From assembly GCA_045640525.1 (NCBI GenBank), contig JAZUFE010000007.1, positions 1,008 through 65,007 of the forward strand: a stretch of 64,000 bases of DNA. The letters run 5' to 3'. Shown here piece after piece: positions 26,021-35,114 of this stretch. Within the stretch, counting starts at the first letter, position 1. The number at the start of each line of letters is the position of its first letter. Under the pieces are notes generated by a model that saw only the letters and a list, made by a program, of their open reading frames with translations, had not been told where the DNA came from and ran no database searches. The position numbers and the translations under genes are program-made. This DNA comes from Lachnospiraceae bacterium. Lineage in GTDB: Bacteria > Bacillota > Clostridia > Lachnospirales > Lachnospiraceae.

Positions 26021-26872
26021 TCAATAAAATGTTTTAACCAAATTGCCGATAATCAGATTCCATCCGTCGGCAAGCACAAACAACAATATCTTAAACGGCA
26101 TCGAAATTGTTGTCGGAGGCAGCATCATCATACCCATACTCATAAGTGCTGACGCAACTACCATATCTATCACAATAAACGGAATATATATTAAAAAGCC
26201 TATAATAAAGGCTGTTCGTAATTCACTTACAACAAAGGAAGGAATCAAAACCTCGGTAGGTATAGATTCCAAAGAACCATCCCATTCTTGTTTGCTGATT
26301 TCCAAAAACATTTTCACATCCTTGGTCTGAGTCTGTCCGTACATAAACTCTCGCATAGGTGTAACTGCTTCTTCGAAAAACTCTTCCTGCGTAATTGTTC
26401 CTTGGTCAAACGGCTGAATCGCATTCGTATATATCTGGCCCAAAGTAGGTCTCATGATGAAAAAGCTTAAAAACAAAGCTAACCCAATCAACACCTGGTT
26501 AGGAGGCGCTGTTTGGGTATTCAATGCAGCTCTTGTAAAGTGCAAAACAATAAGAATTCGGGTATAACTGGTTAACATAATTAGCAACGTAGGTGCTATT
26601 GCTATTAATGTCAGAGTAATCAAAATTCTTAATGTTCCATTGACCGAACCATTATCACCTTGGGTTGTAATGGTTATGCTGTTGGCTATATTCAATTCTC
26701 CCAAATCTTCCTGTGATTCAGCTGTTCCGGGATTCTCAATATTGGTTCTTGAATCGGTTTCACCTGTCAAATGAGAATCTACCGTTGTTGCAGCATAAAC
26801 AGGAAAAGAAGGCAATATACATAATATGCCCACCGTTACCAGTAGGCATAATATATTCCGTATCTTCTTCAT
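26021..26872 (-). CDS. fliP: Flagellar export apparatus protein FliP
   Basis: 283 aa. Signal peptide plus an N-terminal extension, then conserved FliP sequence LTLIAIAPTLLIMLTSYTRILIVLHFTR ... FKILLFVLADGWNLIIGNLVKTF. Confidence 0.93.
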   Translation of the reverse strand: MKKIRNILCLLVTVGILCILPSFPVYAATTVDSHLTGETDSRTNIENPGTAESQEDLGELNIANSITITTQGDNGSVNGTLRILITLTLIAIAPTLLIMLTSYTRILIVLHFTRAALNTQTAPPNQVLIGLALFLSFFIMRPTLGQIYTNAIQPFDQGTITQEEFFEEAVTPMREFMYGQTQTKDVKMFLEISKQEWDGSLESIPTEVLIPSFVVSELRTAFIIGFLIYIPFIVIDMVVASALMSMGMMMLPPTTISMPFKILLFVLADGWNLIIGNLVKTFY

Positions 26873-26881
26873 TAACTAAAC

Positions 26882-27253
26882 CTAATCTTCTTTCTTCTTG
26901 TTTAGGTTTTTGACTTTATCCAAAACGGCCGCAAATGTAGCGTTTGGTTGTTCTTCTGTCTTAAATACAATGTCTTCTTCGGCAATTTCGGAAACAACAT
27001 GAACCTCGTCCTTGCCTATGGCAATGACAAAATACTTGTTGCCCGCACGCACAATCTGAAGGAACTTATTGTTTGAAATGCGCTGTGTCTCAATTACTTC
27101 CAAATTGGCGCCACCACCCATTTGCCCCTTTTGAATCTTTCCGATCCATCTGGTGGTAAACCAGGTAATAACCAAAACAAAGACAAACAGTAAAAGAACT
27201 GTCAGAAACTGCATTACACTATTCGCCCTGGATGAAATTTGCGACAGGAGCAT
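26882..27253 (-). CDS. fliO: Flagellar biosynthesis protein FliO (FliZ of Bacillus)
   Basis: 123 aa with a single TM segment (LTVLLLFVFVLVITWF). It sits immediately upstream of fliP. Confidence 0.75.
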   Translation of the reverse strand: MLLSQISSRANSVMQFLTVLLLFVFVLVITWFTTRWIGKIQKGQMGGGANLEVIETQRISNNKFLQIVRAGNKYFVIAIGKDEVHVVSEIAEEDIVFKTEEQPNATFAAVLDKVKNLNKKKED

Positions 27254-27255
27254 TA

Positions 27256-27618
27256 TTAACCAACTACCTTCTTAACTGCTTCAAGAACACGATCGGCCTG
27301 GAAAGGCTTAACGATGAAGTCTTTGGCACCGGCTTGAATTGATTCAATAACCATAGCCTGCTGACCCATTGCCGAGCACATTATTATCAATGCATTAGGA
27401 TCGGAACCCTTAATTTTCTTTAATGCGCCAATACCATCCAATTCAGGCATTGTAATATCCATAAGAACAAGATCCGGATGTAATTCTGCATACTTCTCAA
27501 CAGCCTTTGCACCGTTCTCTGCTTCGCCGACAACGTTATAGCCGTTCTTAGACAGGATATCCTTAATCATCATTCGCATGAAAGCCGCATCATCAACAAT
27601 TAAAATATTCTTCGCCAT
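27256..27618 (-). CDS. cheY: Chemotaxis response regulator CheY
   Basis: 120 aa, stand-alone receiver. Motifs ILIVDDAAFMR, VLMDITMPELDG, CSAMGQ and FIVKPF. Confidence 0.95.
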   Translation of the reverse strand: MAKNILIVDDAAFMRMMIKDILSKNGYNVVGEAENGAKAVEKYAELHPDLVLMDITMPELDGIGALKKIKGSDPNALIIMCSAMGQQAMVIESIQAGAKDFIVKPFQADRVLEAVKKVVG

Positions 27619-27629
27619 TTTTACTCTCC

Positions 27630-28868
27630 TTAATTTATAATTTCGGTTACACGAATACCAAAACTTTCTTCAATTACAACAACTTCGCCCTTAGCAACAA
27701 ACTTGCCGTTAACAAGTACATCTATGGGTTCACCCGCTATTTTATCAAGTTCGATAATAGTTCCGGGTGCAAAGTCCAAAATTTCTGAAATCAGTTTCGT
27801 CGTTCTTCCCAACTCAACTGTGACTTCAAGTGGTACATCTTTAATGATACCTATATTTTCCGCTCCCGGAACCTGTGAATAGTCCGGGGTAAAGGATTGG
27901 AACTGAGCCGGTGTAATACTCATCTGAGGCATCTGCATCGGTGGATAACCCATTGGCGGATATCCCATCGGCATTCCCATCTGAGGCATTGGCTGCGGCT
28001 GCTCTGCTACAGGTGGCACATACGGTGCCGGTTGTGGTGCCGGAGCAGGTGCAGGTGCCGGAGCAGGTGCAGGTGCCGGTGCCGGAGCAGGTTCCGGTTC
28101 GGGCTCAGGTTCATCACCCTGACCTGAGAAGGTATTATACAAATCCTTTGCGAAATCTATCGGATACAATTGCATTATGGTTGAATCAACCAAGTCATCA
28201 ATCTGCATCCTGAAGGAAATCTTTGCGAATGTTCCGGCTAAGAATGGTGCAATAGCCTCGGCATCCATGATTTCCGTCAAATCTACCAAAGAAGCTTCCG
28301 GTGGTGATATATCAATCATCTTACCAAGCATGGTTGATAATGAAGTTGCCGAAGAACCCATCATCTGATTCATCGCTTCCGATATGGCTGACAGATGTAA
28401 TTCTCCAAGTTCACCGTCGGTATTGGTTCCGTCACCACCCATCATCAAATCGGTGATAACCTTAACATCATGTTCCTTAAGTACCATGATGTTGGATCCG
28501 TCCAGACCAACCGTATACTTAATCTGAATAAATACACACGGTCGCTGATAATCCTCGATAACCGTCTTCCAGTTAGCTAAAGTAACTGTCGGCGTTGTGA
28601 TATTAACTTTTCGATTAACAAGAGAATAAAGCGTTGTTGCCGAAGATCCCATACTGATATTGGCAATTTCTCCGACCGCATCTCTTTCTTCCGGGCTCAA
28701 GAGTGATTCATCAACCTCTCCCGGGTCTGAAGATCCTACAATTATCGGTGGTGTATCCGATGAGCCGCCATCCTGTGGTGCTGGGTCAGCAGGTGCATCC
28801 CCACCTGAAACATCCATTCCGGAAAGTAGAGCATTTATTTCGTCTTGTGATAACATTCCTCCGTCCAT
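27630..28868 (-). CDS. fliY: Flagellar motor switch phosphatase FliY (CheC-like domain fused to FliN)
   Basis: 412 aa. N-terminal LSQDEINALL, CheC-type motifs VGEIANISMGSSATTL and ISEAMNQMMGSSATSL, a Pro-rich linker, and a C-terminal FliN/SpoA domain PLEVTVELGRTTKLISEILDFAPGTIIELDK...VNGKFVAKGEVVV. Confidence 0.93.
   Translation of the reverse strand: MDGGMLSQDEINALLSGMDVSGGDAPADPAPQDGGSSDTPPIIVGSSDPGEVDESLLSPEERDAVGEIANISMGSSATTLYSLVNRKVNITTPTVTLANWKTVIEDYQRPCVFIQIKYTVGLDGSNIMVLKEHDVKVITDLMMGGDGTNTDGELGELHLSAISEAMNQMMGSSATSLSTMLGKMIDISPPEASLVDLTEIMDAEAIAPFLAGTFAKISFRMQIDDLVDSTIMQLYPIDFAKDLYNTFSGQGDEPEPEPEPAPAPAPAPAPAPAPAPAPQPAPYVPPVAEQPQPMPQMGMPMGYPPMGYPPMQMPQMSITPAQFQSFTPDYSQVPGAENIGIIKDVPLEVTVELGRTTKLISEILDFAPGTIIELDKIAGEPIDVLVNGKFVAKGEVVVIEESFGIRVTEIIN
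28023..28112 (-). repeat. Dipeptide (Pro-Glu)4(Pro-Ala)9-type coding microsatellite in the FliY linker
   Basis: Residues 253-282 read EPEPEPEPAPAPAPAPAPAPAPAPAPQPAP. The DNA shows repeated GCAGGTGCCGGAGCAGGT units. Confidence 0.85.
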
Positions 28869-28871
28869 GCC

Positions 28872-29852
28872 TTACTCCCCCTCTCTTCTTACTGACGTTA
28901 CACGTACAGCATATTTATCTTTGCTGGAACCGGGTAAGGCTGTAAACTTACGAATATTTCCAACATAGATGTCCATTTCCGAATCAACGGATGAACCGAG
29001 TCTTACTACGTCTCCTACCTGCAATCCTAAGAATTCATTGACGGAAATTGAACTCTTACCCAAAACTGCACGAACCGGGACCTCGACTCTTTGTATTAAG
29101 CTTTCAATATGATCCTGGTAATCCATAGAATCATCTTTTTGCATCGTTGAAAACCAATACTTGGTATTAAGTTTATCCATAACTTCCTCAAGTGTAAAGT
29201 AAGGAAGACAGATATTCATAAAGCCTTCGGTATCACCGATTTTGATATTCATTGTCACAATGGCTATCATATCGGTAGGTGCAATTACCTGGGCGAACTG
29301 TGCATTGGTTTCTATTCGCTCCATAATAGGATTGATTTCCATTACGTTCTTCCATGGCTCTTTCATAAGCTGCATGCATATAATCATCAATTTCTCTATT
29401 ATGGTCATTTCTATCTCTGAAAAATCTCTGTTCTTTTCCAAGGGGAGACCCGGACCGCCAAGCATTCTGTCTATCATAGCGAATCCCAAATTCGGAGATA
29501 ACTCTATAATAACATTTCCGTTCAAAGGTTTAAAGTCTATAATTCCCAATATTACAGGATTTGAAAGAGCGTTCGAAAATTCCGAGAAGGTAACCGTTTC
29601 CGAAGATGCTACCGTAGTCTGTACGGATTTTCGAAGATATAACGGCAGGTTGGTAGAAATCAATCTGCCATAATGTTCATATATAATTTCAAGAGTACGC
29701 AGATGCTCTTTTGAGAATTTCGCAGGTCGCTTAAAGTCATAGTCTTTGACCGGCTTTTCATTAATCTCATGCATCTGATCCACATCCAACTCACCGGTCG
29801 TTAACGCTGCCAGCAGGTTGTCTATTTCACTTTGGGACAGTACCTCGCCCAC
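28872..29852 (-). CDS. fliM: Flagellar motor switch protein FliM
   Basis: 326 aa. N-terminal CheY-binding LSQSEIDNLL. GTG start preceded by AAGGAGGTG with a 7-nt spacer. It lies between fliL and fliY. Confidence 0.93.
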   Translation of the reverse strand: MGEVLSQSEIDNLLAALTTGELDVDQMHEINEKPVKDYDFKRPAKFSKEHLRTLEIIYEHYGRLISTNLPLYLRKSVQTTVASSETVTFSEFSNALSNPVILGIIDFKPLNGNVIIELSPNLGFAMIDRMLGGPGLPLEKNRDFSEIEMTIIEKLMIICMQLMKEPWKNVMEINPIMERIETNAQFAQVIAPTDMIAIVTMNIKIGDTEGFMNICLPYFTLEEVMDKLNTKYWFSTMQKDDSMDYQDHIESLIQRVEVPVRAVLGKSSISVNEFLGLQVGDVVRLGSSVDSEMDIYVGNIRKFTALPGSSKDKYAVRVTSVRREGE

Positions 29853-29887
29853 GAATTCTCACCTCCTTAGGGCCAAAGAATCGTATC

Positions 29888-30409
29888 TTACTGATACAAG
29901 GCACTACTAAAGGTTACATCAAATATGAAGTCTGAATTATATAAAGACTGAATCTTTAGCAAAATTTCATTACAAATCGATGCGGAATTGGCCTTGGCTT
30001 CTTCCATAGTATATTGGCTGATAACCGAATTGATCTGTCCTCTTAAAAGATCTTCCTTATCAGCAATACCTGCACCGTAAGTAGCATAATCTTCACTCAA
30101 TGTATTCATCGAAAGAGCCACGGAAACCATAGCATAGTGATCCTTTCCGTCTGCCCCTCCCTTAAGAGGTATGGTCATATCCGCAATAGTATATGTAGCT
30201 ACATCCGCAATGGATAACTGCTGTGTTTCCTCTGCTTCGGATGCAACAGTTCCGTCGGTAAGTTCAAGATTAATTGCCGATGCAATATCCGTTACCAATT
30301 TGGCTGTCTTCTTATTGGTACTAAGAACGCTGAACATCATAATTCCCGTTAATACCAGATTAACAATCAATAACGCCAAAATACCGATAGAAATTAAACT
30401 CTTTTTCAT
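29888..30409 (-). CDS. fliL: Flagellar basal-body-associated protein FliL
   Basis: 173 aa. N-terminal TM segment followed by a FliL-like periplasmic domain. It lies between motB and fliM. Confidence 0.8.
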   Translation of the reverse strand: MKKSLISIGILALLIVNLVLTGIMMFSVLSTNKKTAKLVTDIASAINLELTDGTVASEAEETQQLSIADVATYTIADMTIPLKGGADGKDHYAMVSVALSMNTLSEDYATYGAGIADKEDLLRGQINSVISQYTMEEAKANSASICNEILLKIQSLYNSDFIFDVTFSSALYQ

Positions 30410-30424
30410 TTTATCTCCCTGGTC

Positions 30425-31279
30425 TTAGTAATTACTAAGCGTATTATATATCCTGATTTCAACGCGACGGTTCATGGATCTTCCTTCTGCTGTTGAATTA
30501 TCAGCTATTGGTTTATACTCGCCTCTTCCTGAATGTTTAACCATTCCCACATCAATAAGAGAATTGTCTTTCAAATAGTTAAATACCGAAAGAGCACGTC
30601 CCGAGCTTAGCTCGTCATTGTTGGAATACTTGCCGCCGCTGTGCATCGGAACATTATCCGTATGTCCTTCTATTTCAATGGTTGACTCAGCGTATCTTTC
30701 GAGAATCTTGCCTACATTGTCAAGAACCGGCAAGGATTCCTTCTTAAGTTCCACCGAACCCGAATCAAACAAAAGTGCACCGTTCAAAGTTAATTGAACA
30801 TATTGAGAAGTAAACTCTATATCGACTTCCTTATCAAGTTTCTCTTCTTCAAGAGCTTCTTCTATCTTCTCGGCAAGTTCCTCGGATTCCGCCATCTTGG
30901 CCTCGTCCAAAGATTCCATTGCTTCTTTGAGCTTCTCTTCTGCAGGATTGGCTGCATCATTCTGATTATCCTGCTCGCCTTCTCCGACTTCCTGACCTTC
31001 TTCGCCTCGGCCCGTTGAATTGATATAATCATCCAATTCATTCAACTGGCTCACTCCGTTACTTATAAGCACACCATCACCGATGGCATTGGCGCCGCCG
31101 GAAAAGATACTGAAAGTCTGGTTAAACGAAGCCGCTAACATTTCGAATTTCTGTTGGTCTACACTTGACATTGAAAACAACAACACGAAGAAGCACAAAA
31201 GAAGGTTCATCAAATCCGAGAAAGTCGCCATCCACGCGGGCGACCCTTTCGGAGGATCCTCTTCCCTCTTCTTAGCCAT
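30425..31279 (-). CDS. motB: Flagellar stator protein MotB (OmpA-like)
   Basis: The plausible start is MAKKREEDPPKGSPAWMATFSDLMNLLLCFFVLLFS at 31279, which overlaps the motA stop by 8 nt; the ORF track extends to 31351. The conserved Asp lies in the FSDLM plug/TM region. C-terminal OmpA-like IEGHTDNVP...NRRVEIRI. Confidence 0.9.
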   Translation of the reverse strand: MAKKREEDPPKGSPAWMATFSDLMNLLLCFFVLLFSMSSVDQQKFEMLAASFNQTFSIFSGGANAIGDGVLISNGVSQLNELDDYINSTGRGEEGQEVGEGEQDNQNDAANPAEEKLKEAMESLDEAKMAESEELAEKIEEALEEEKLDKEVDIEFTSQYVQLTLNGALLFDSGSVELKKESLPVLDNVGKILERYAESTIEIEGHTDNVPMHSGGKYSNNDELSSGRALSVFNYLKDNSLIDVGMVKHSGRGEYKPIADNSTAEGRSMNRRVEIRIYNTLSNY

Positions 31280-32084
31280 CGGCTTCACCTCCCTCATCGG
31301 ATGAAACCGTTCTCTCTGCAGGTGCCAGGAACGACTTAAGCTTCTCCTCAATTACACGCGGGTTTTCACCTGCCTGAATCGAAAGAAGACCTTCTATCAT
31401 AATATTCTTAACCATCATTTCGTTACCGTTATTGCTCTTAAGCTTGGCCGAAACAGGAGCACATATCCAGTTGGCAAGCATTGAACCGTACAACGTAGTA
31501 ATCAGGGCAACCGCCATGTTGGGACCTACGGCATTGATATCACTAAGGTCATTAAGCATGTTGATAAGTCCGATAAGGGTACCGATCATACCCCAGGCAG
31601 GACCCATACCTCCAAGGTCATCCCAGAACTGTATATTTTCTTTATGTCTGTCTTCGCAGGCCATCATTTCCGTTTCAAGAATACCTCTTACCAAATCCGG
31701 ATCGGTACCGTCTACGATAAGCAATATTCCCTTCTTCATGAAAGCATCATCAAGTTCATTGGCAGCTTCTTCCAAAGAAAGAAGTCCGTCCTTACGAGCT
31801 ACATTCGACAAATCGATAATCTTGGCAATAATACCCTTAATGTCAAATGAAGGTGCCTTGAATATCAAAAGCATCGATTTAAGACCGTTTATAAATCCTG
31901 CCATCGGTTTCATACACAAAACCGCAGCAAACGCACCACCGAATGTAATAATCGCTGATGGCGGATCAAGATAGTTTGTAACACCGGCAATGGAACCTGT
32001 GGAACTTATAATTCCGTACAGCACCATTCCAAAGCACATGACAAAGCCGATAAGTGACGCTAAATCCACTTTTAAAACCTCCAT
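31272..32084 (-). CDS. motA: Flagellar stator protein MotA
   Basis: 270 aa. Four TM segments and a C-terminal region PNMAVALITTLYGSMLANWICAPVSAKL typical of the MotA/TolQ/ExbB family. Confidence 0.92.
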   Translation of the reverse strand: MEVLKVDLASLIGFVMCFGMVLYGIISSTGSIAGVTNYLDPPSAIITFGGAFAAVLCMKPMAGFINGLKSMLLIFKAPSFDIKGIIAKIIDLSNVARKDGLLSLEEAANELDDAFMKKGILLIVDGTDPDLVRGILETEMMACEDRHKENIQFWDDLGGMGPAWGMIGTLIGLINMLNDLSDINAVGPNMAVALITTLYGSMLANWICAPVSAKLKSNNGNEMMVKNIMIEGLLSIQAGENPRVIEEKLKSFLAPAERTVSSDEGGEADG

Positions 32085-32089
32085 CCGGC

Positions 32090-32275
32090 CTAATGGCCAA
32101 AGATGTCCTTTCTATACGATTTTACAAGATTTTGTACATCTTGTCTACCTTCTTTTACTATTATCTTGCGTCCTGTGGTAAACGCAACCACAGTATCTGG
32201 TGTCTCTTCCACCAATTCTATCAAATCAGGATTAACTAATACTTTTTGTCCATTCATTTTAGTCAATTCAATCAT
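32090..32275 (-). CDS. flbD: Flagellar protein FlbD
   Basis: 61 aa, MIELTKMNGQKVLVNPDLIELVEETPDTVVAFTTGRKIIVKE. It sits between flgE and motA as in clostridial and spirochaete operons. Confidence 0.9.
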   Translation of the reverse strand: MIELTKMNGQKVLVNPDLIELVEETPDTVVAFTTGRKIIVKEGRQDVQNLVKSYRKDIFGH

Positions 32276-32351
32276 TTTTTCTTTCTTTCCAACAAATCAA
32301 CTGTTTTGTTTAAATACTTAGAAAACTTTTCACATCTTTAATAGCACTTAA

Positions 32352-32375
32352 GGGAAACAGCCTTTGCTGTTCCCC
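32352..32375 (-). promoter_or_regulatory. Stem-loop downstream of flgE (candidate partial terminator / mRNA stabiliser)
   Basis: The minus strand reads GGGGAACAGC-AAAG-GCTGTTTCCC: a 10-bp stem with no clear U-run after it. It lies in the 150-nt flgE-flbD gap. Confidence 0.4.
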
Positions 32376-32426
32376 TTTAATGCCGAATATTAATTTTTAA
32401 CAAACTATATCTTTATCCGATTAATA

Positions 32427-33818
32427 CTATCTCTTAAGGTTGGTCAATTCTTCAAGCAATGTATCGGATACGGTAATAATACGGGAGTTAGCCTGGAAAC
32501 CACGCTGGGTTGTAATCATTTCGGTAAATTCTGCCGAAAGGTCAACGTTTGACATTTCCAAAACACCGGTATTCATGTAACCGCCGCCTGCCGTAATATC
32601 AACGCCGATACCGTCGAAATCACCTGAGTTCTGTGTTGATGAGTAAAGGTTATCGCCTTCCTTGGCAAGACCTGATGCATTAGCGAATGAAGCTGTTGCA
32701 ATCTGTCCTAAAAGTCTTGACTGACCATTGTCGTATGTTGCGTAAATCTTACCATCCTTTTGAATGGAAATACCCGACATTTCACCAAGCATACGTCCTG
32801 AGCCACCGCCCGTTGATGAACCACGGGTTGCAACAGTTGTTGAAGTTCCGTTATTGTTAAGGTTCGACATTGCCGTACAATCAACCGTAATTGTTGCAGG
32901 GAAGCTCGGAATTGCAGTTCCGGTAACCGTACCTAAATCAAGTGAAAGCTTACCGTCGGTAATTGCTGTGCCACCGCTGGGAGTAATTGATGTAAGTTTA
33001 CCGTCAACCGTGCTGAATTCAAATTCCCAGCTGCTGGTAGTCGGCATGGCATCATCAGCTATCTTAACACCTTTAGGGTCATCAATCTCGGTAAGTGTAA
33101 GGTTAAAGTGACCTGCATCGAGTGTTGTTCTGTTAGGAGGTGTTGCCGTATCCTCAGTATAATTAGTAATCTTGAATTTAGCCGTATATTTAAAACCTAA
33201 GTTATCATAAAAGTCCAATGTAACAAGTTTACCATCGTTAGCCACATTCGAATCGAACGAATCAACGATACCTGACATCTGAGCCTGTGATGTTGCCTCA
33301 GGAGGATATGTCATATATTTGTCAGCCATAATCTGAAGCGGCTTAACGATATCCTGTTTGATGGCAAGTGTCTTATCTTCTGTTTCTTCTGCAAGCCATC
33401 CCATTACGTTATAACCTGTAGAAGTCATACACAAGTTACCTGCTCCGTCAACGTAGAAAGAACCATCTCTTGTGAAGAAGTTTTCGGTACCGTTTGATAC
33501 TACGAAGAAGTTAGAACCCGTAATCATAATATCAAAAGGATCATTGGTCGTCTGCGAAGCACCCTGACCTGTAATAGCTGTCTTAATGGCAGAAGTCTTG
33601 GCACCAAGACCGATCTGACGGGCATTGACACCACCGACACCGGTTTCTGCATTGGCACCGGAAGCTGCCTGTGTTGTCTGATACATCAAATCAGAAAATG
33701 TCATTGACTGTGACTTATATGCTGTTGTATTAACGTTGGCGATATTATTACCTATAACGTCCATTCTTGTCTGGTGTGTCTTAAGACCTGCTACACCAGA
33801 GTAAAGTGATCTCATCAT
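32427..33818 (-). CDS. flgE: Flagellar hook protein FlgE
   Basis: 463 aa. N-terminal MRSLYSGVAGLKTHQTRMDVIGNNIANVNTTAYK and C-terminal GVLEMSNVDLSAEFTEMITTQRGFQANSRIITVSDTLLEEL. Confidence 0.95.
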   Translation of the reverse strand: MMRSLYSGVAGLKTHQTRMDVIGNNIANVNTTAYKSQSMTFSDLMYQTTQAASGANAETGVGGVNARQIGLGAKTSAIKTAITGQGASQTTNDPFDIMITGSNFFVVSNGTENFFTRDGSFYVDGAGNLCMTSTGYNVMGWLAEETEDKTLAIKQDIVKPLQIMADKYMTYPPEATSQAQMSGIVDSFDSNVANDGKLVTLDFYDNLGFKYTAKFKITNYTEDTATPPNRTTLDAGHFNLTLTEIDDPKGVKIADDAMPTTSSWEFEFSTVDGKLTSITPSGGTAITDGKLSLDLGTVTGTAIPSFPATITVDCTAMSNLNNNGTSTTVATRGSSTGGGSGRMLGEMSGISIQKDGKIYATYDNGQSRLLGQIATASFANASGLAKEGDNLYSSTQNSGDFDGIGVDITAGGGYMNTGVLEMSNVDLSAEFTEMITTQRGFQANSRIITVSDTLLEELTNLKR

Positions 33819-33896
33819 AATTAGTGACCTCCTTAGTTTATTTGCCGTATCCGTTCTTATCCGTCATTCAAAGAACTAAGCCTCCATAAGGTCCGG

Positions 33897-34292
33897 CTAC
33901 ATTATTACGGCACCGTCTATGTTTGTAAAAATATTATCCTGTGTTTCTTCACTGTTCATTGCCGTCACCACCGTGTTACTCGGAATATTGACTATGAATG
34001 CCAATGAATCAACCATTATCAAAGATTCCTTTATACCCTTAGACTGAGCTTTCAGTGTACCTTCCTGCAGTCTTCCCAACTGGTTATCCGTAAGTTCGAT
34101 ATTTCTTGATGATAATCTGTTGGCTGCATGCTTCGAGAATTTAACCTCCCCCGGCATATCCGACTTCTGAGTAAGTATATCTTTAAAAGATAAGCCTTCA
34201 GAAGTCTTTGCGGGGCTATTGGTCTTGTTATTGTTAAGGTACCGGTCCTGAAGCTGTTCTATGGATATAAATCTTCCTGAATTAATATCCAT
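33897..34292 (-). CDS. Conserved flagellar operon protein found between flgD and flgE in Firmicutes/spirochaetes (flg_new type)
   Basis: 131 aa. FSKHAANRLSSRNIELTDNQLGRLQEG and the position match the small conserved protein seen between flgD and flgE. Function unknown. Confidence 0.65.
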   Translation of the reverse strand: MDINSGRFISIEQLQDRYLNNNKTNSPAKTSEGLSFKDILTQKSDMPGEVKFSKHAANRLSSRNIELTDNQLGRLQEGTLKAQSKGIKESLIMVDSLAFIVNIPSNTVVTAMNSEETQDNIFTNIDGAVIM

Positions 34293-34307
34293 AATGACCT
34301 CCCTGTC

Positions 34308-35081
34308 TTATGCTTCCTGTACGGGTTCTGCCTGTTCTTCGCCACCCGTTGTCTCTTCCGTGCCATTTTCTTCGGCAGGAGTAACCTCCTTTTCAGTTTC
34401 CTCGGCCGCTGCTTCGGCTTCGGATTGAGCTTTCTTCTCTGCCTGAAGTACAAGTTCTTCCATTCTGTCCGAATATTGTTTTAAAAGATCTACGTAGCTT
34501 GAATCAACGAATGACTGCTGATATGTTGTCATATTATTGAATCCATCTACCAAAGTGGTAACCGCTTCAAGATCTCCCAACGTTAATTCATAAAGTTTAG
34601 GAAGCTTGTTTATCGCATCCGCGAGCGAGTTTGCCAGGTTATATGCTGTATTGTATGTTTCGTCAATAACGGCCGTTACCTGATCTGCGGGATACATGTC
34701 GCCGTCTACACAAACATATGCTTTACCGGCTTCATATTTAACGTAATCCACAGTTCCCTCAACTGTCTTTTCCTCGCCTTTTTCAGTGGTGGTGGAAATT
34801 TCAACCGTCTTACCCACCATAGTTGAAGCTCTCGATAATTCCATGGTTCCTGCCATATTCTGAAGCTGTTCAACTTGTGAGAATGTAGCGTATTGGGAAA
34901 TATATTCGGTATTTGATGTAGGTTCAAGCGGATCTTGGTACTTCATCTGAGCCACAAGAAGCTGCATGAATGCATCTTTATCGTATCCGTTATTTGATTT
35001 AACATTTTGGGATTCCTTAGTAGAAGTTTGAGACACTGTCTCTACCAACTCTCCGCCCTTTACAATTGCATTTACTGCCAT
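34308..35081 (-). CDS. flgD: Flagellar hook assembly (capping) protein FlgD
   Basis: 257 aa. Motif DAFMQLLVAQMKYQDPLEP. It has an extended C-terminal region ending in an acidic tail. Confidence 0.9.
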   Translation of the reverse strand: MAVNAIVKGGELVETVSQTSTKESQNVKSNNGYDKDAFMQLLVAQMKYQDPLEPTSNTEYISQYATFSQVEQLQNMAGTMELSRASTMVGKTVEISTTTEKGEEKTVEGTVDYVKYEAGKAYVCVDGDMYPADQVTAVIDETYNTAYNLANSLADAINKLPKLYELTLGDLEAVTTLVDGFNNMTTYQQSFVDSSYVDLLKQYSDRMEELVLQAEKKAQSEAEAAAEETEKEVTPAEENGTEETTGGEEQAEPVQEA

Positions 35082-35114
35082 ATTAGCTCCTTTCTTAGCA
35101 GGTCTGCCTGCTAA

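Noticed and set aside
28023-28112. Whether any of the short tandem repeats (FliY PA tract, 9770-9913, 51675-51839) could be a CRISPR array or a non-coding satellite.
   Set aside because: All are in frame within long ORFs. Their units of 6-36 nt are directly adjacent with no unique spacers, and no cas genes are present.
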